The notes under the pieces: model-generated
Databases searched by the model: none
What the model was told of the DNA's origin: nothing
What the model saw: the letters and a program-made list of their open reading frames with translations, nothing else
IMG/VR virus record: IMGVR_UViG_2675903060_000001
Location: 1 to 64,000 of that record
DNA: 64,000 bases
Direction: 5' to 3' (one strand)
From: a virus
Taxonomy: Duplodnaviria > Caudoviricetes
Part shown: positions 45,186 to 54,349 of the stretch, in pieces
Position numbering within the stretch: the stretch's first letter is position 1
Layout of the letters: every line of letters begins with the position of its first letter
Program-made: the position numbers and the translations under genes

Positions 45186-46760
45186 ATGCCGCTTCCGGAC
45201 CATGACCAGGAGTGGCCGCCGCCGCACATCCGGCGCGAGATGCGGCTGTATGAGGAGTGGGGAGCCTGGTACGCGGGCGACCCGGACCGGCTGGCCGACG
45301 TGTACGGCGCGTCCGGGGCGGTGCACGGCATCGGCCTGGACCCGAAGGGCTGGGACCGGCCGAACAAGAGCTTCGGCGGCTGGCTCCAGCGCGCGGCACG
45401 CTACTTCTGGGGGACGCCGGTCCCGGCCGGGCAGGTCCGCTCCACGAAGCTGCACGTGCCGATCGCCGGAGACATCTCCGCGACCAGCGCGGATCTTCTG
45501 TTCAGCGAGCCGCCGACGTTGAGGATCGCCGGGAAGAAGTCGCAGGCCCGCCTCGACAAGATCCTGCGGGACGCCGGGGTCTACGGGGCGCTCCTGGAGG
45601 CAGCCGAGACCAGCAGCGCGTACGGAGGCGTCTACCTGCGGGCCGGCTGGGACACGGAGATGTACGACCACCCCGTCCTCAGCGTGCTCCCGCCGGACGC
45701 CGCCGTGCCCGAATTCCGGTACGGCAAGCTCGCCGCCGTCACGTTCTGGCGGGTGCTGGCCGAGGACGACGACCGGCAGGTGTGGCGGCACCTGGAACGG
45801 CACGAGAAAGGCCGCGTCTACCACGGCCTGTACCTGGGCACGCCCGACCGGCTCGGCATGCAGGTGCCGTTGGAGGACCACCCGGAGACGGCGATCTACG
45901 CCGACCAGGTGGACGAGAGCGGCGGGTTCGACTCCTACTACCCGCGCGGCCTGCTCGTCTCCTACGTGCCGAACATGCGCCCCCACCGGCTGATCCGAGG
46001 CACCAGCCTGGGCCGCTCCGACTACCAGGGCGTCGAACACCTCATGGACGCCCTGGACGAGGTGTGGACGAGCTTCATGCGCGACTTCCGCATCGGCAAG
46101 GGCCGCGTGATCGTGCCGGACATCTTCCTCGACAGCCTCGGCCGCGGCCAGGGCGCGTCGTGGGACCCGGACCGGGAGATCTACGCGGGGCTCGGCATGC
46201 TGCCGCCGCCGGGGTCGGCCGCCAACAGCATGTTGACGCTGACGCAGTTCGCGATCCGGGTCAAGGAGCACGTGGACGGCGGGAAGGCGCTCGCCGCCCA
46301 GATCCTGCGCGGCGCCGGATACTCGGCCCAGTCCTTCGGGGAGGCGGACGGGTCCGGGCAGGCCGTCACCGCGACCGAGGTCCACTCCCGCGAGCGTAAG
46401 TCCTTCAGCACGCGGGGCCGGAAGACGGGCTACTGGAACCCCACGCTCCAGTGGGCGCCGGACGTGCTGCTGTCGATCGACCGGGCCGTGTTCGGGCAGA
46501 AGGTGGCCGCCGACAAGATCGAAGTGCATTGGCCGGACGGCATCCAACCGGACCCGGAGTCGCTGGGCCGTACCGTCGAGCTGTTCAACCGGGCCCAGGC
46601 CATGTCGCTGGAGACGAAGATTCGCACCCTGCACCCGGAGTGGGACGACCACCAGGTCATCGAGGAACGCAACCGTCTGCGCGACGAGCTCGGCCTGAAC
46701 GTGCCCGACCCCGACACGCTCGGCGACGTGCTCGTGCCCGACGCCGCCGGCGACGACTGA
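45186..46760 (+). CDS. Portal protein (SPP1 gp6-like)
   Basis: WY.GD..L, SADLLFSEPP, YVPN..GRSDY..LMDALDE; position. Confidence 0.9.
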   Translation: MPLPDHDQEWPPPHIRREMRLYEEWGAWYAGDPDRLADVYGASGAVHGIGLDPKGWDRPNKSFGGWLQRAARYFWGTPVPAGQVRSTKLHVPIAGDISATSADLLFSEPPTLRIAGKKSQARLDKILRDAGVYGALLEAAETSSAYGGVYLRAGWDTEMYDHPVLSVLPPDAAVPEFRYGKLAAVTFWRVLAEDDDRQVWRHLERHEKGRVYHGLYLGTPDRLGMQVPLEDHPETAIYADQVDESGGFDSYYPRGLLVSYVPNMRPHRLIRGTSLGRSDYQGVEHLMDALDEVWTSFMRDFRIGKGRVIVPDIFLDSLGRGQGASWDPDREIYAGLGMLPPPGSAANSMLTLTQFAIRVKEHVDGGKALAAQILRGAGYSAQSFGEADGSGQAVTATEVHSRERKSFSTRGRKTGYWNPTLQWAPDVLLSIDRAVFGQKVAADKIEVHWPDGIQPDPESLGRTVELFNRAQAMSLETKIRTLHPEWDDHQVIEERNRLRDELGLNVPDPDTLGDVLVPDAAGDD

Positions 46761-48646
46761 TGAGTGCGCCGACGCTGGCGCTCCCGGCCGCGCAGCAGGA
46801 GGCCGCGCAGATCGAGGCCGCTCTCGACCACGCCCGCGCGGTGGCCGCGATCTACTGGCAGGCCGAGCGCGAGCTGCTGCGCGTCGTCTCGGAGGCCCTG
46901 GCCAAGCGCGAAGGCGAACCGGAGTACGCCGGGCCGCGCTTCGCCGAAGTGCGGGCGCTGCGGCGCGAAGCCGACCAGATCGTGCGGCGGCTGGAACGGC
47001 TGTCGGAGCGGCTGGTCACGGACGGCGTCAACGCCGCATGGCGGCGCGGCGCGCAGCGCGCCACCGGCGACCTGGAACGGCTCGGCTCCCGCAAGGGCAT
47101 CCCGCAGGGGCAGGGCGTCATCGAGATCGCCCGGCGCGCGACACGGCTGGTCGCCTCCACGCAGCCCGGAATGCGGTCGGCGCCGGAGTTCCTGTTCCAG
47201 CAGATCGTCAACCAGGTGGCCGCCCAGGCGCTCACCGGCGCGATCACCCGCCGCCAGGCCCAGGCCCGCCTCCTGGACCAGGTCGCCCGCCGAGGCATCA
47301 CCGGCTTCACCGACACCTCCGGCCGGGTCTGGTCCGCCAGCGCGTACGCCGAGATGGCCACGCGGACCGCGATGGCGCAGGCCGCGACGGACGGCCACCT
47401 CGCCACCCTCGCCGCCAACGGCATCGACCTCGTCATCGTCTCCCGGCTGCCGTTCACGTGCGCCCGGTGCGCCGTCTGGGAGGGCACGGTCCTGTCGCAG
47501 GAAGGGCCGATCGGGTGGCGGCGCGAGGAGTCCGCCGTCTCCGACGACCTGGTGGACGTGCTCGTGGAAGGCACCGTGACGCAGGCCCGCGCCGCCGGGC
47601 TGCTGCATCCCGGCTGCGGCCACACGCTCGGCGCCTACCTGCCAGGCGTGACCCGCCCGCCGCGGCCGGCCATGCATCCCGCCGGGCCGGACGGCTATCG
47701 GGCGTCGCAGAAGATGCGCCGCCTCGAATCCGAGCTGCGCGCCGCGAACCGGCAGGCGGCGGTCGCGCTCGACGCCGACCAGCGGCGCAAGGCGGCGGCC
47801 CGCGCCGACCGGCTCACCCACCAGATCCGGGACCACGCGAAGACGTCGGGCATCCCCGCCCGCGCCGACCGGGTCCGGCAGGAGACGATCCCGCGTGACC
47901 TCGACCAGCGCACGGACGAGGAACTAGCCGGACTGCTCGGCCGGTGGGCCGACGACGAGGCAGCGGTCGCCCGCATCACCGACGTGCTGGAGCAGCGCGA
48001 CCGCGACCGCGACCGGCAGCGGGACGAGCGGGTGCGCGAAGCGGTCGCCGACCTGCCGCCCGAGTTCGCCAACGCCGGCGACGACCAGGTGCTGGAACTG
48101 GTGCGGCGCTTCTCCGACGAGGGCGACCCCGTCGCGCTGGAGCGGCTGCTGGAGGCGCTCGACGCCCGCGAGCAGAACCCGACGTGGTCGTGGCGGTCCG
48201 ACGACACCGCCGAGGAACGCGCCGTCACCGACCTCATCGCGGACGGCATCGACCCGATGGACGCCTACGGGCAGGTGTACGGCGTGGACCCCGAGCAGAT
48301 GCGGCGGCAGGACTCCCGCGCGCACGCCGAAGCCCAGCGGCGGCCGGGCGAGACCCTGGACCAGGTCGTCCGCCGCCTGTACGACGAGTGGCTTGAGCTT
48401 CAGTTCATCGCCGCCGAACGCTACGCCCGCGGCGTCCTCACCAACGCGGCCGGGCGGGCGGCAGGGATCGACGGCCGGACGCTGCTGTCTGGGCCGCAGT
48501 CCCGCGCCGACAAGTACGCCTCGGAGGAGCTGCGCGCGTGGTGGGAGCAGCACCCGCGCATGACGCTGGTGGAGTTCCGGGCGCAGATGCTCGGCCGCGC
48601 CTCCGACCGCAAGGCCGCCCAGCGAGCGAAGGAGCAGCGGCGGTGA
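46760..48646 (+). CDS. Phage minor capsid protein with C-terminal extension
   Basis: GITGFTD..GRVW..YAEMATRT, C..C..WEG, GLLHPGCGH. Confidence 0.85.
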   Translation: MSAPTLALPAAQQEAAQIEAALDHARAVAAIYWQAERELLRVVSEALAKREGEPEYAGPRFAEVRALRREADQIVRRLERLSERLVTDGVNAAWRRGAQRATGDLERLGSRKGIPQGQGVIEIARRATRLVASTQPGMRSAPEFLFQQIVNQVAAQALTGAITRRQAQARLLDQVARRGITGFTDTSGRVWSASAYAEMATRTAMAQAATDGHLATLAANGIDLVIVSRLPFTCARCAVWEGTVLSQEGPIGWRREESAVSDDLVDVLVEGTVTQARAAGLLHPGCGHTLGAYLPGVTRPPRPAMHPAGPDGYRASQKMRRLESELRAANRQAAVALDADQRRKAAARADRLTHQIRDHAKTSGIPARADRVRQETIPRDLDQRTDEELAGLLGRWADDEAAVARITDVLEQRDRDRDRQRDERVREAVADLPPEFANAGDDQVLELVRRFSDEGDPVALERLLEALDAREQNPTWSWRSDDTAEERAVTDLIADGIDPMDAYGQVYGVDPEQMRRQDSRAHAEAQRRPGETLDQVVRRLYDEWLELQFIAAERYARGVLTNAAGRAAGIDGRTLLSGPQSRADKYASEELRAWWEQHPRMTLVEFRAQMLGRASDRKAAQRAKEQRR

Positions 48647-48810
48647 GCCTCACCGACCTCGACCGGCGCGCGGCCATCACGACCGCGCGGTGGGCCGCGC
48701 TGCACGACCGGCCGGTCACCGAATGCCCGTACGACCCCGCCGGCGACGCGCGCTCTCAAGCGCTCGCGCTGCTGTGGGTGCGCATCTACCGCAGGTACCG
48801 GCCGGCCTGA
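48643..48810 (+). CDS. Small protein with CPY..W motif (Rmf/CrpP-like)
   Basis: ECPYD..LWVRIY; GTGA overlap. Confidence 0.6.
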   Translation: MSLTDLDRRAAITTARWAALHDRPVTECPYDPAGDARSQALALLWVRIYRRYRPA

Positions 48811-48889
48811 CGCCGGGCCGTACGCCTGTGTGATCCGTTGGGCCCGCCTGGCGCGGGCCTTCCTCTTGTCCGGCTCCGGGAGGGCCAAG

Positions 48890-49795
48890 ATGTTCGATCA
48901 CTCGTTGCTGACGACGCCTGGCGCGATCATCGGCTACCGCAAGTCCGGCGCCCCGATCCGGCTCATCGCCGGAGGCAGCGGCGAAGGCGACGGCTCCGGC
49001 GGCGACGGCGGCGGCGCTGCTGGCGGATCTCAGTTCGGCGGCGAAGGCCAGCCGCAGGACGGCGGCGCCCAGCAGGACGGCGGCACGTCAGCGGCCGGGG
49101 TCACGCACCCGGACCGGTCCTCGTGGATCAACCCGGACGAGCCGATCAACCCTGACGCGATCAAGGTGGATCAGCTTCCGGCGTGGGGTCAGAAGCTGTT
49201 CCGCGACCTGCGGAAGGAAGCGGCCGACTACCGGTCCAAGATGGCCGACGCGCAGAAGGCCGCCGACGAGGCCGCCAAGAAGGCAGGCCCGTCGCCGGAG
49301 GAGGTCACCGCGCAGGTGCGGGCCGACTTCGCGCAGCAGATCGGCCAGGCGCTCGGCCTGATCGGCGGCGAGCAGGAGAAGCAGCTCACGCCCGAGCAGG
49401 TGATCGACCAGCTCACCGCTGAGAAGGACACGACCGCGAAGGAACGCGATCAGGAGAAGGAGCGGCACCGCCGTGCCCTGATCGAGCTGGCGGTGCACCG
49501 CGCCGGCTCGCAGATGGGCGCCGACCCGGAAGCCCTCCTCGACTCCAGGTCCTTCGTGAAGAAGGTCCGCGACCTGGACCCGGACGGCGAGGACTTCGCG
49601 ACGAAGCTCGGCGAGGTCATCCAGCTCGCGATCGATGAACACCCGAAGTACAAGGCGGGCTCCCTGGCGGGGCCGCCTCCCCGGAGCGGAGGGGAGTTCG
49701 CCGGCGGGCCTGGCGCGCGTCCCAGCGGCTCCGAACCCACCATCGACGACTTCCGGAAGCGCCGCGCGGCGGCGGCCAAGGAGAAGTCGTCCTAA
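48890..49795 (+). CDS. Capsid scaffolding protein
   Basis: LPAWGQK..LRKEAA..R coiled coil, ALLDSRSF; precedes the MCP. Confidence 0.85.
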   Translation: MFDHSLLTTPGAIIGYRKSGAPIRLIAGGSGEGDGSGGDGGGAAGGSQFGGEGQPQDGGAQQDGGTSAAGVTHPDRSSWINPDEPINPDAIKVDQLPAWGQKLFRDLRKEAADYRSKMADAQKAADEAAKKAGPSPEEVTAQVRADFAQQIGQALGLIGGEQEKQLTPEQVIDQLTAEKDTTAKERDQEKERHRRALIELAVHRAGSQMGADPEALLDSRSFVKKVRDLDPDGEDFATKLGEVIQLAIDEHPKYKAGSLAGPPPRSGGEFAGGPGARPSGSEPTIDDFRKRRAAAAKEKSS

Positions 49796-49801
49796 CGCGC
49801 T

Positions 49802-49821
49802 CGTTGGCGGTAACGCCAACG
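49802..49821. promoter_or_regulatory. Dispersed 20-bp palindrome upstream of the MCP
   Basis: CGTTGGCGGTAACGCCAACG. Confidence 0.75.
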
Positions 49822-49843
49822 GCATCCGTCAGGAGAAGGCCCG

Positions 49844-50794
49844 ATGCCGAACACGTTCCTCACCCCGTCGATCATCGCCCGGCAGGCGCTGGCGAACCTG
49901 TATGAAACCACGGTCATGGCCCAACTGGTCCACCGCGACTACGAGGCCGAGTTCGTGAACCGGATCGGCGACACGATCACGATCAGGAAGCCCGCGATCT
50001 TCGAGGCCAAGAGCTTCAACCGGACGACGGGCATCGAGATCCAGAACGCGACCGAGGGCAGCATTCCGATCACCCTCGACAAGTTCGTTGACGTCAGCTT
50101 CGCTGTTACGTCGGAAGAGTTGACGTTGGACATCATCGACTTCAACGCCCAGCTCCTTGCCCCGGCGGTCGAGGCCATCGCGCAGCGGATCGACCGCGAC
50201 ATTTTGTCGCTGCGCGCCGACGTCCTCCAGAGGGTCGGTACGGCCGGGACCACGGTGACCGGCGTCGGCGGCCCCGTCACCGGCACCAACGAGTGGGCGT
50301 GGGACAACCCGCGCGTGGTCATCGACGCGCGCCGCGTGCTGAACCAGCGGAACGTGCCGCCCACGGACAGGTTCGTCGTGGTCGGGCCGGAGATCGAGGC
50401 GCAGTGGCTCGGCGACCCGCTGTTCCACCAGGCCGACACCCGAGGTGACACCGAGGGTCTGCGTGAGGCCAACCTCGGTAGGCGCGTCTTCGGTCACGAC
50501 GGCTACCAGACGCAGAACATCAAGGGCCCGTCCGGCACGCCGACGACCGGCCAGCCGAACACGGAGATCGGCGTCGCATTTCATAAGACGGCGTTCGCGT
50601 TGGTGACGCGCCCGCTGGTGTTGCCGCAGGGCGCCGCGAACGCGCACGTCGAGTCCTACAAGGGATTCGCGTTGAGAGTGGTCATGGGCTACGACCAGGC
50701 CAAGAAGCAGGACATCGTCAGCATCGACACCCTGTACGGGGTCAAGACGCTCGACGCCGACCGCGCCGTGAAGATTCACGGGGTCGTCGCGTGA
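49844..50794 (+). CDS. Major capsid protein (P22 coat-like)
   Basis: NTFLTP.II..AL..GDTITIRKP..AFHK.AFALVTRPL..DTLYG. Confidence 0.93.
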   Translation: MPNTFLTPSIIARQALANLYETTVMAQLVHRDYEAEFVNRIGDTITIRKPAIFEAKSFNRTTGIEIQNATEGSIPITLDKFVDVSFAVTSEELTLDIIDFNAQLLAPAVEAIAQRIDRDILSLRADVLQRVGTAGTTVTGVGGPVTGTNEWAWDNPRVVIDARRVLNQRNVPPTDRFVVVGPEIEAQWLGDPLFHQADTRGDTEGLREANLGRRVFGHDGYQTQNIKGPSGTPTTGQPNTEIGVAFHKTAFALVTRPLVLPQGAANAHVESYKGFALRVVMGYDQAKKQDIVSIDTLYGVKTLDADRAVKIHGVVA

Positions 50795-51114
50795 GGTGGC
50801 GGTACGCGAACGCCAACACCGGCGACGTGGTGCTCCTGGACGAGCGTGACCCGTGCCTGGACATGCTCCCCAACTGGACCGTCTCCGGTTCCACCAGCGT
50901 GGGGGAACCGGAGTCAGGCCCGTCGAACTCCGGCCAGGCTACGCCTGGCCGGCCGCCCGAGTCCGCGAACAAGGCCGCGTGGGTCGCCTACGCCGTGGCG
51001 CGCGGCATGGCCGAGGCCGACGCGAAGGGCCTGCGCAAGGACGCGCTCATCGAGGAGTTCGGCGAGAACTCCGACAACGACGACGAGGAGGGGGGCGGCG
51101 GTGGCCAGGACTGA
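50791..51114 (+). CDS. Small head-associated protein
   Basis: P..SANKAAWVAYA..KDALI. Confidence 0.7.
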   Translation: MRWRYANANTGDVVLLDERDPCLDMLPNWTVSGSTSVGEPESGPSNSGQATPGRPPESANKAAWVAYAVARGMAEADAKGLRKDALIEEFGENSDNDDEEGGGGGQD

Positions 51115-51448
51115 CCTTCCGATCACGCCCATGCCGAAGGCGGGGCTGTCCCTGGCGGGCGCGCTGCCCACCGCGGCGGCCGTGGACGGACACGCCTTCG
51201 GCCACTCGGCGAAGCGGCTGGTCCGGATCCGGAACAGCTCCGGCAGCCCGAAGACGGTGACCGCGGTCATCCCCGGCGAGGTCGAGGGGCAACCGCTCGC
51301 CGACCGGCCGTACGTCATCCCGGCCACGACCGGCGACGTGCTGATCCCGCCGTTCGGCGACATCTACGCCCAGGACGACGGCAAGGTGTACCTCGACTAC
51401 CCGGCCGACCCGTCAGGGCTGACGGTCGCCGTGTACGAGATGCCGTAG
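51101..51448 (+). CDS. Putative head decoration/structural protein
   Basis: Beta-rich; position after the MCP. Confidence 0.7.
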   Translation: MARTDLPITPMPKAGLSLAGALPTAAAVDGHAFGHSAKRLVRIRNSSGSPKTVTAVIPGEVEGQPLADRPYVIPATTGDVLIPPFGDIYAQDDGKVYLDYPADPSGLTVAVYEMP

Positions 51449-51458
51449 GCAGGCCGAC

Positions 51459-51851
51459 ATGGTGTACGCGAACGCGGACGACTACGCGGCCTACACCGGC
51501 AAGCCGGCCCCGGACGGGATCGACGCCGTGCTGGCCCGGGCCAGCGAGCGGATCGATGAACTGCTGGTGACGGCGGTCTACGCGGTGGACCCGGCCACAG
51601 AGCTGCCGACCGATGAGAAGGTGGCCGACGCCATCCGGCGGGCGACCTGCGCCCAGGCCGCCTGGTCGGTGGCGGTCGGCGACCCGTACGGCGTGGCCGC
51701 CGCGTTCAAATCGGTGTCGATCGGCTCCGTGAAGCTCGACCGCGCCGGCGGGGGCGAAGCGGGACCGGCCCGGCATGCGCCGGACGCGGCGTCGATCCTG
51801 CGCGTCGCGGGCCTGCTGCCCGGCTTCGTGATCGACCAGGGCGCGTGGTGA
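51459..51851 (+). CDS. Head-to-tail adaptor
   Basis: YA..DY..L.RASE.ID..ATCAQA..SVSIG. Confidence 0.85.
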   Translation: MVYANADDYAAYTGKPAPDGIDAVLARASERIDELLVTAVYAVDPATELPTDEKVADAIRRATCAQAAWSVAVGDPYGVAAAFKSVSIGSVKLDRAGGGEAGPARHAPDAASILRVAGLLPGFVIDQGAW

Positions 51852-51854
51852 GCG

Positions 51855-52166
51855 GTGCTGATCCCCGAGTGGGTATTCACGCACACCGCGACGATCGAGC
51901 CGTACGAGGGCGACGGCGCGTACGGCCCCATCTTCGGCTCTCAGGTGACGGAGCGGTGCCTGGTGGACGACGAGCGGCGGCTTGTCCGCAACGCGGAGGG
52001 CTCGGAAGTTGTGTCCGATACGACGATCTTCTTCCCGCCCGGCACGCACTGCCCGGAGGGGTCGCGGGTGACCGTGAACGACCGGACGACCACGGTCATC
52101 GCGTCCCATAACCGATCCGGTGGGGGCCTGCCGACGCCGGACCATACGGAGGTGGTGTGCCGATGA
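51855..52166 (+). CDS. Head-to-tail stopper
   Basis: YEGDGAYG..RLVR..G.EVVS. Confidence 0.8.
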   Translation: MLIPEWVFTHTATIEPYEGDGAYGPIFGSQVTERCLVDDERRLVRNAEGSEVVSDTTIFFPPGTHCPEGSRVTVNDRTTTVIASHNRSGGGLPTPDHTEVVCR

Positions 52167-52537
52167 CGCAACGCGGCATCGACGTGGACGTGCGGTTGGA
52201 CCTGCACGTCAACCCCGAGGCGCTGGAGGCCAAGGCGCGGGTGGCGATCGAGCGGGGTCTCCAGGCGGCGACCGAGCACGTGCTGACGGCGACCCAGCCG
52301 AAGGTGCCGTGGCAGACCGGCGACCTGGAACGGTCAGGGTCGGCGGTCGTGGACCGGTCGAACCTCGACGGCGTGATCTCGTTCGATCAGCCGTACGCGG
52401 TCGCCCAGCATGAACAGCTCGACTGGGAGCACCCGCTGAAGGGCGAGCCGAAGTACCTGGAGACGACCCTGTACGAGGAGGCCGAGGTGGTGCGGGCGAT
52501 GGTGGCCAAGGCGGTGCGGAAGGCGCTCGGCGGATGA
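52163..52537 (+). CDS. Neck protein (HK97 gp10-like)
   Basis: VP..TGDL.RS..PYA..QHE..KYLE. Confidence 0.85.
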   Translation: MTQRGIDVDVRLDLHVNPEALEAKARVAIERGLQAATEHVLTATQPKVPWQTGDLERSGSAVVDRSNLDGVISFDQPYAVAQHEQLDWEHPLKGEPKYLETTLYEEAEVVRAMVAKAVRKALGG

Positions 52538-53004
52538 CCACGCCGTCACCGCCGCTGCCGGGCCAGTTCTCGCGGGCGCTGCTGAACGGGCTGGCCGCGC
52601 TGCTCGCGGAGCGTGGGGTCGGCGTGTGGTCGCCGGTCGGCGCGTACGGGCCGCATCAGCTCGCGCTCACGATCGGCGGCTTGCCCGCCACCCCGGACAC
52701 CGCGATCTCGCTGGCCATCTACGGGACCGGCGGCGACGACCTGGACGGCGGCGACTCGACGGTGCTCGTGCAGCTCCGGATGCGGGCCAAGGGCGACCCG
52801 CGTGACGTGGGCGACTACGCCGACGCCGTCTTCTCCGTGCTGCACGGCCTGACCGAGGTCCGGCTGTCGTCCGGGGTGCTGGTGCTGCGCGCGCGGCGCA
52901 CGGTGGTGGCGCCGCCCGGCCGGGACTCCTCCGGCCGGTGGGAACGCGCCGACAGCTACGAGCTGATGGTGCACTGGCCCACCGCTCAGCGGGACGACGA
53001 CTAG
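52534..53004 (+). CDS. Tail terminator
   Basis: P.TPD.AI.L..Y..VQLR.R..GRD..GRWER. Confidence 0.8.
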   Translation: MTTPSPPLPGQFSRALLNGLAALLAERGVGVWSPVGAYGPHQLALTIGGLPATPDTAISLAIYGTGGDDLDGGDSTVLVQLRMRAKGDPRDVGDYADAVFSVLHGLTEVRLSSGVLVLRARRTVVAPPGRDSSGRWERADSYELMVHWPTAQRDDD

Positions 53005-53072
53005 CCCCGCTCCCTTTCCTTCATCGCGGGCCTGGCGCGGCCAGGATCGCGCGCACGAACGGAGACACGATC

Positions 53073-53549
53073 ATGACTCTGGTGAGCATGCTCGCCAAGC
53101 ACTGGTGCATGGACGTCAACACCGCAGGGCCGGGCGCTCCCGCCCCCTCGTGGACCCGCGTTCGTGGCCTGTCCAAGTGGGAGAAGTCCACCGACGACAA
53201 CGTCGAGGACGACGGCGACTTCGATGACGAGTCCGGGTACGGCTCGGACGTCATCACCGAACGCAAGTGGAAGATCGAGGCCGAGGGCCGCCGGAAGCGG
53301 AACAACACCGAGGTGTTCGTGCCCGACGCCGGCCAGGAGTACATCCGCAAGGCCGCCCGCAAGGTCGGCCTGGGCGCGTTCATCGAGGTCCGCTGGTACC
53401 GGCGGGACGGCTCCGACGAGGCGTACCAGGGGCTGTGCCAGGTCAACGAGTTCACGATGGGCGGCGAGAAGACCGACCTCGAACCCTTCAGCTTCACTCT
53501 GTTGGGCTCGGGCGAGGACGTCGAGATCGACAACCCGCTGGCGGCATGA
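53073..53549 (+). CDS. Major tail tube protein
   Basis: D.GQE.IR..RWY.R..EAYQG..NPL; position. Confidence 0.85.
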   Translation: MTLVSMLAKHWCMDVNTAGPGAPAPSWTRVRGLSKWEKSTDDNVEDDGDFDDESGYGSDVITERKWKIEAEGRRKRNNTEVFVPDAGQEYIRKAARKVGLGAFIEVRWYRRDGSDEAYQGLCQVNEFTMGGEKTDLEPFSFTLLGSGEDVEIDNPLAA

Positions 53550-54040
53550 TGGCGCAGTTCCGGAACCTGGACGAGTTCTTCGACCCGTACCTGCGGCTAC
53601 CGGTCGGCGGCAAGACGTACGCGGTCCCGCCGCCGAACGGCGAGGTGGGCCTGCTGGTGCAGCGGCTCATGCACGCCGGGATCGCCGCCGAGGCCGGTCA
53701 GGACGTGGACGCCGAAGGGCTCGGCGACCTGGCCAAGTCCGTGCTGGAGGGCGACAGCGGCGACAGCGGCGACACCGACCTGTACCAGCGCATCCTTGGC
53801 CCCGTCTGGGACGAACTGTTCGCCGACAAGCTCGACTGGCCGGTGATCCAGCACATCGGCGAGACGGCGATGCTGTGGATCGCCGCCGGGGCGGACGCCG
53901 CCGCGAAGCACTGGGAGGCCGGCGCGGGGGAAGCGGAGGCCCCGAACCGGAAGGCTCGCCGGGCGGCGGCGGCGCAGGCCCGATCGACCCGGTCACGGGG
54001 CTCGCGGAGTGGTACGACCCGGACGACGGACTCGGCCTGA
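53546..54040 (+). CDS. Tail assembly chaperone (G)
   Basis: LRLPVGGKTY.VPP..PNRKARRA. Confidence 0.8.
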   Translation: MMAQFRNLDEFFDPYLRLPVGGKTYAVPPPNGEVGLLVQRLMHAGIAAEAGQDVDAEGLGDLAKSVLEGDSGDSGDTDLYQRILGPVWDELFADKLDWPVIQHIGETAMLWIAAGADAAAKHWEAGAGEAEAPNRKARRAAAAQARSTRSRGSRSGTTRTTDSA

Positions 54041-54261
54041 CCGGAGGCCCCGCAGTGTCCTGGCTGGACCTGCTGACCCGCTGGGACCTGATCGAGGCTG
54101 ACCTGCACCAGACGTACGGCATCGACCTCGACCGGTCGGGCGCACTGCGCGACCGGTCGTGGCGGTGGCTGCGGACCCGGATCGCCGGGCTGCTCGTGTG
54201 TGACTCGCGGATCGCCCGCGCGCTCGACCCCGGCGACGACGGCCCCGGCCGCCGCCGCTGA
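53926..54261 (+). CDS. Tail chaperone GT extension via programmed -1 frameshift
   Basis: In-frame G GGG GAA slippery site at 53926-53932; -1 frame encodes WDLIEADLHQTYGIDL..WRWLRTRI.GLL..SRI. Confidence 0.75.
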   Translation, partial: GGSGGPEPEGSPGGGGAGPIDPVTGLAEWYDPDDGLGLTGGPAVSWLDLLTRWDLIEADLHQTYGIDLDRSGALRDRSWRWLRTRIAGLLVCDSRIARALDPGDDGPGRRR

Positions 54262-54286
54262 CCCCTCCCTCCCCCTTCTCTCCTTC

Positions 54287-54306
54287 TGCTGGCGTTACCG
54301 CCAGCG
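54287..54306. promoter_or_regulatory. Dispersed palindrome upstream of the tape measure gene
   Basis: Reverse complement CGCTGGCGGTAACGCCAGCA. Confidence 0.6.
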
Positions 54307-54349
54307 TTCAGGCCGCCACGCCTCCTGATCTTTCTCTGATCGAAGGGCG

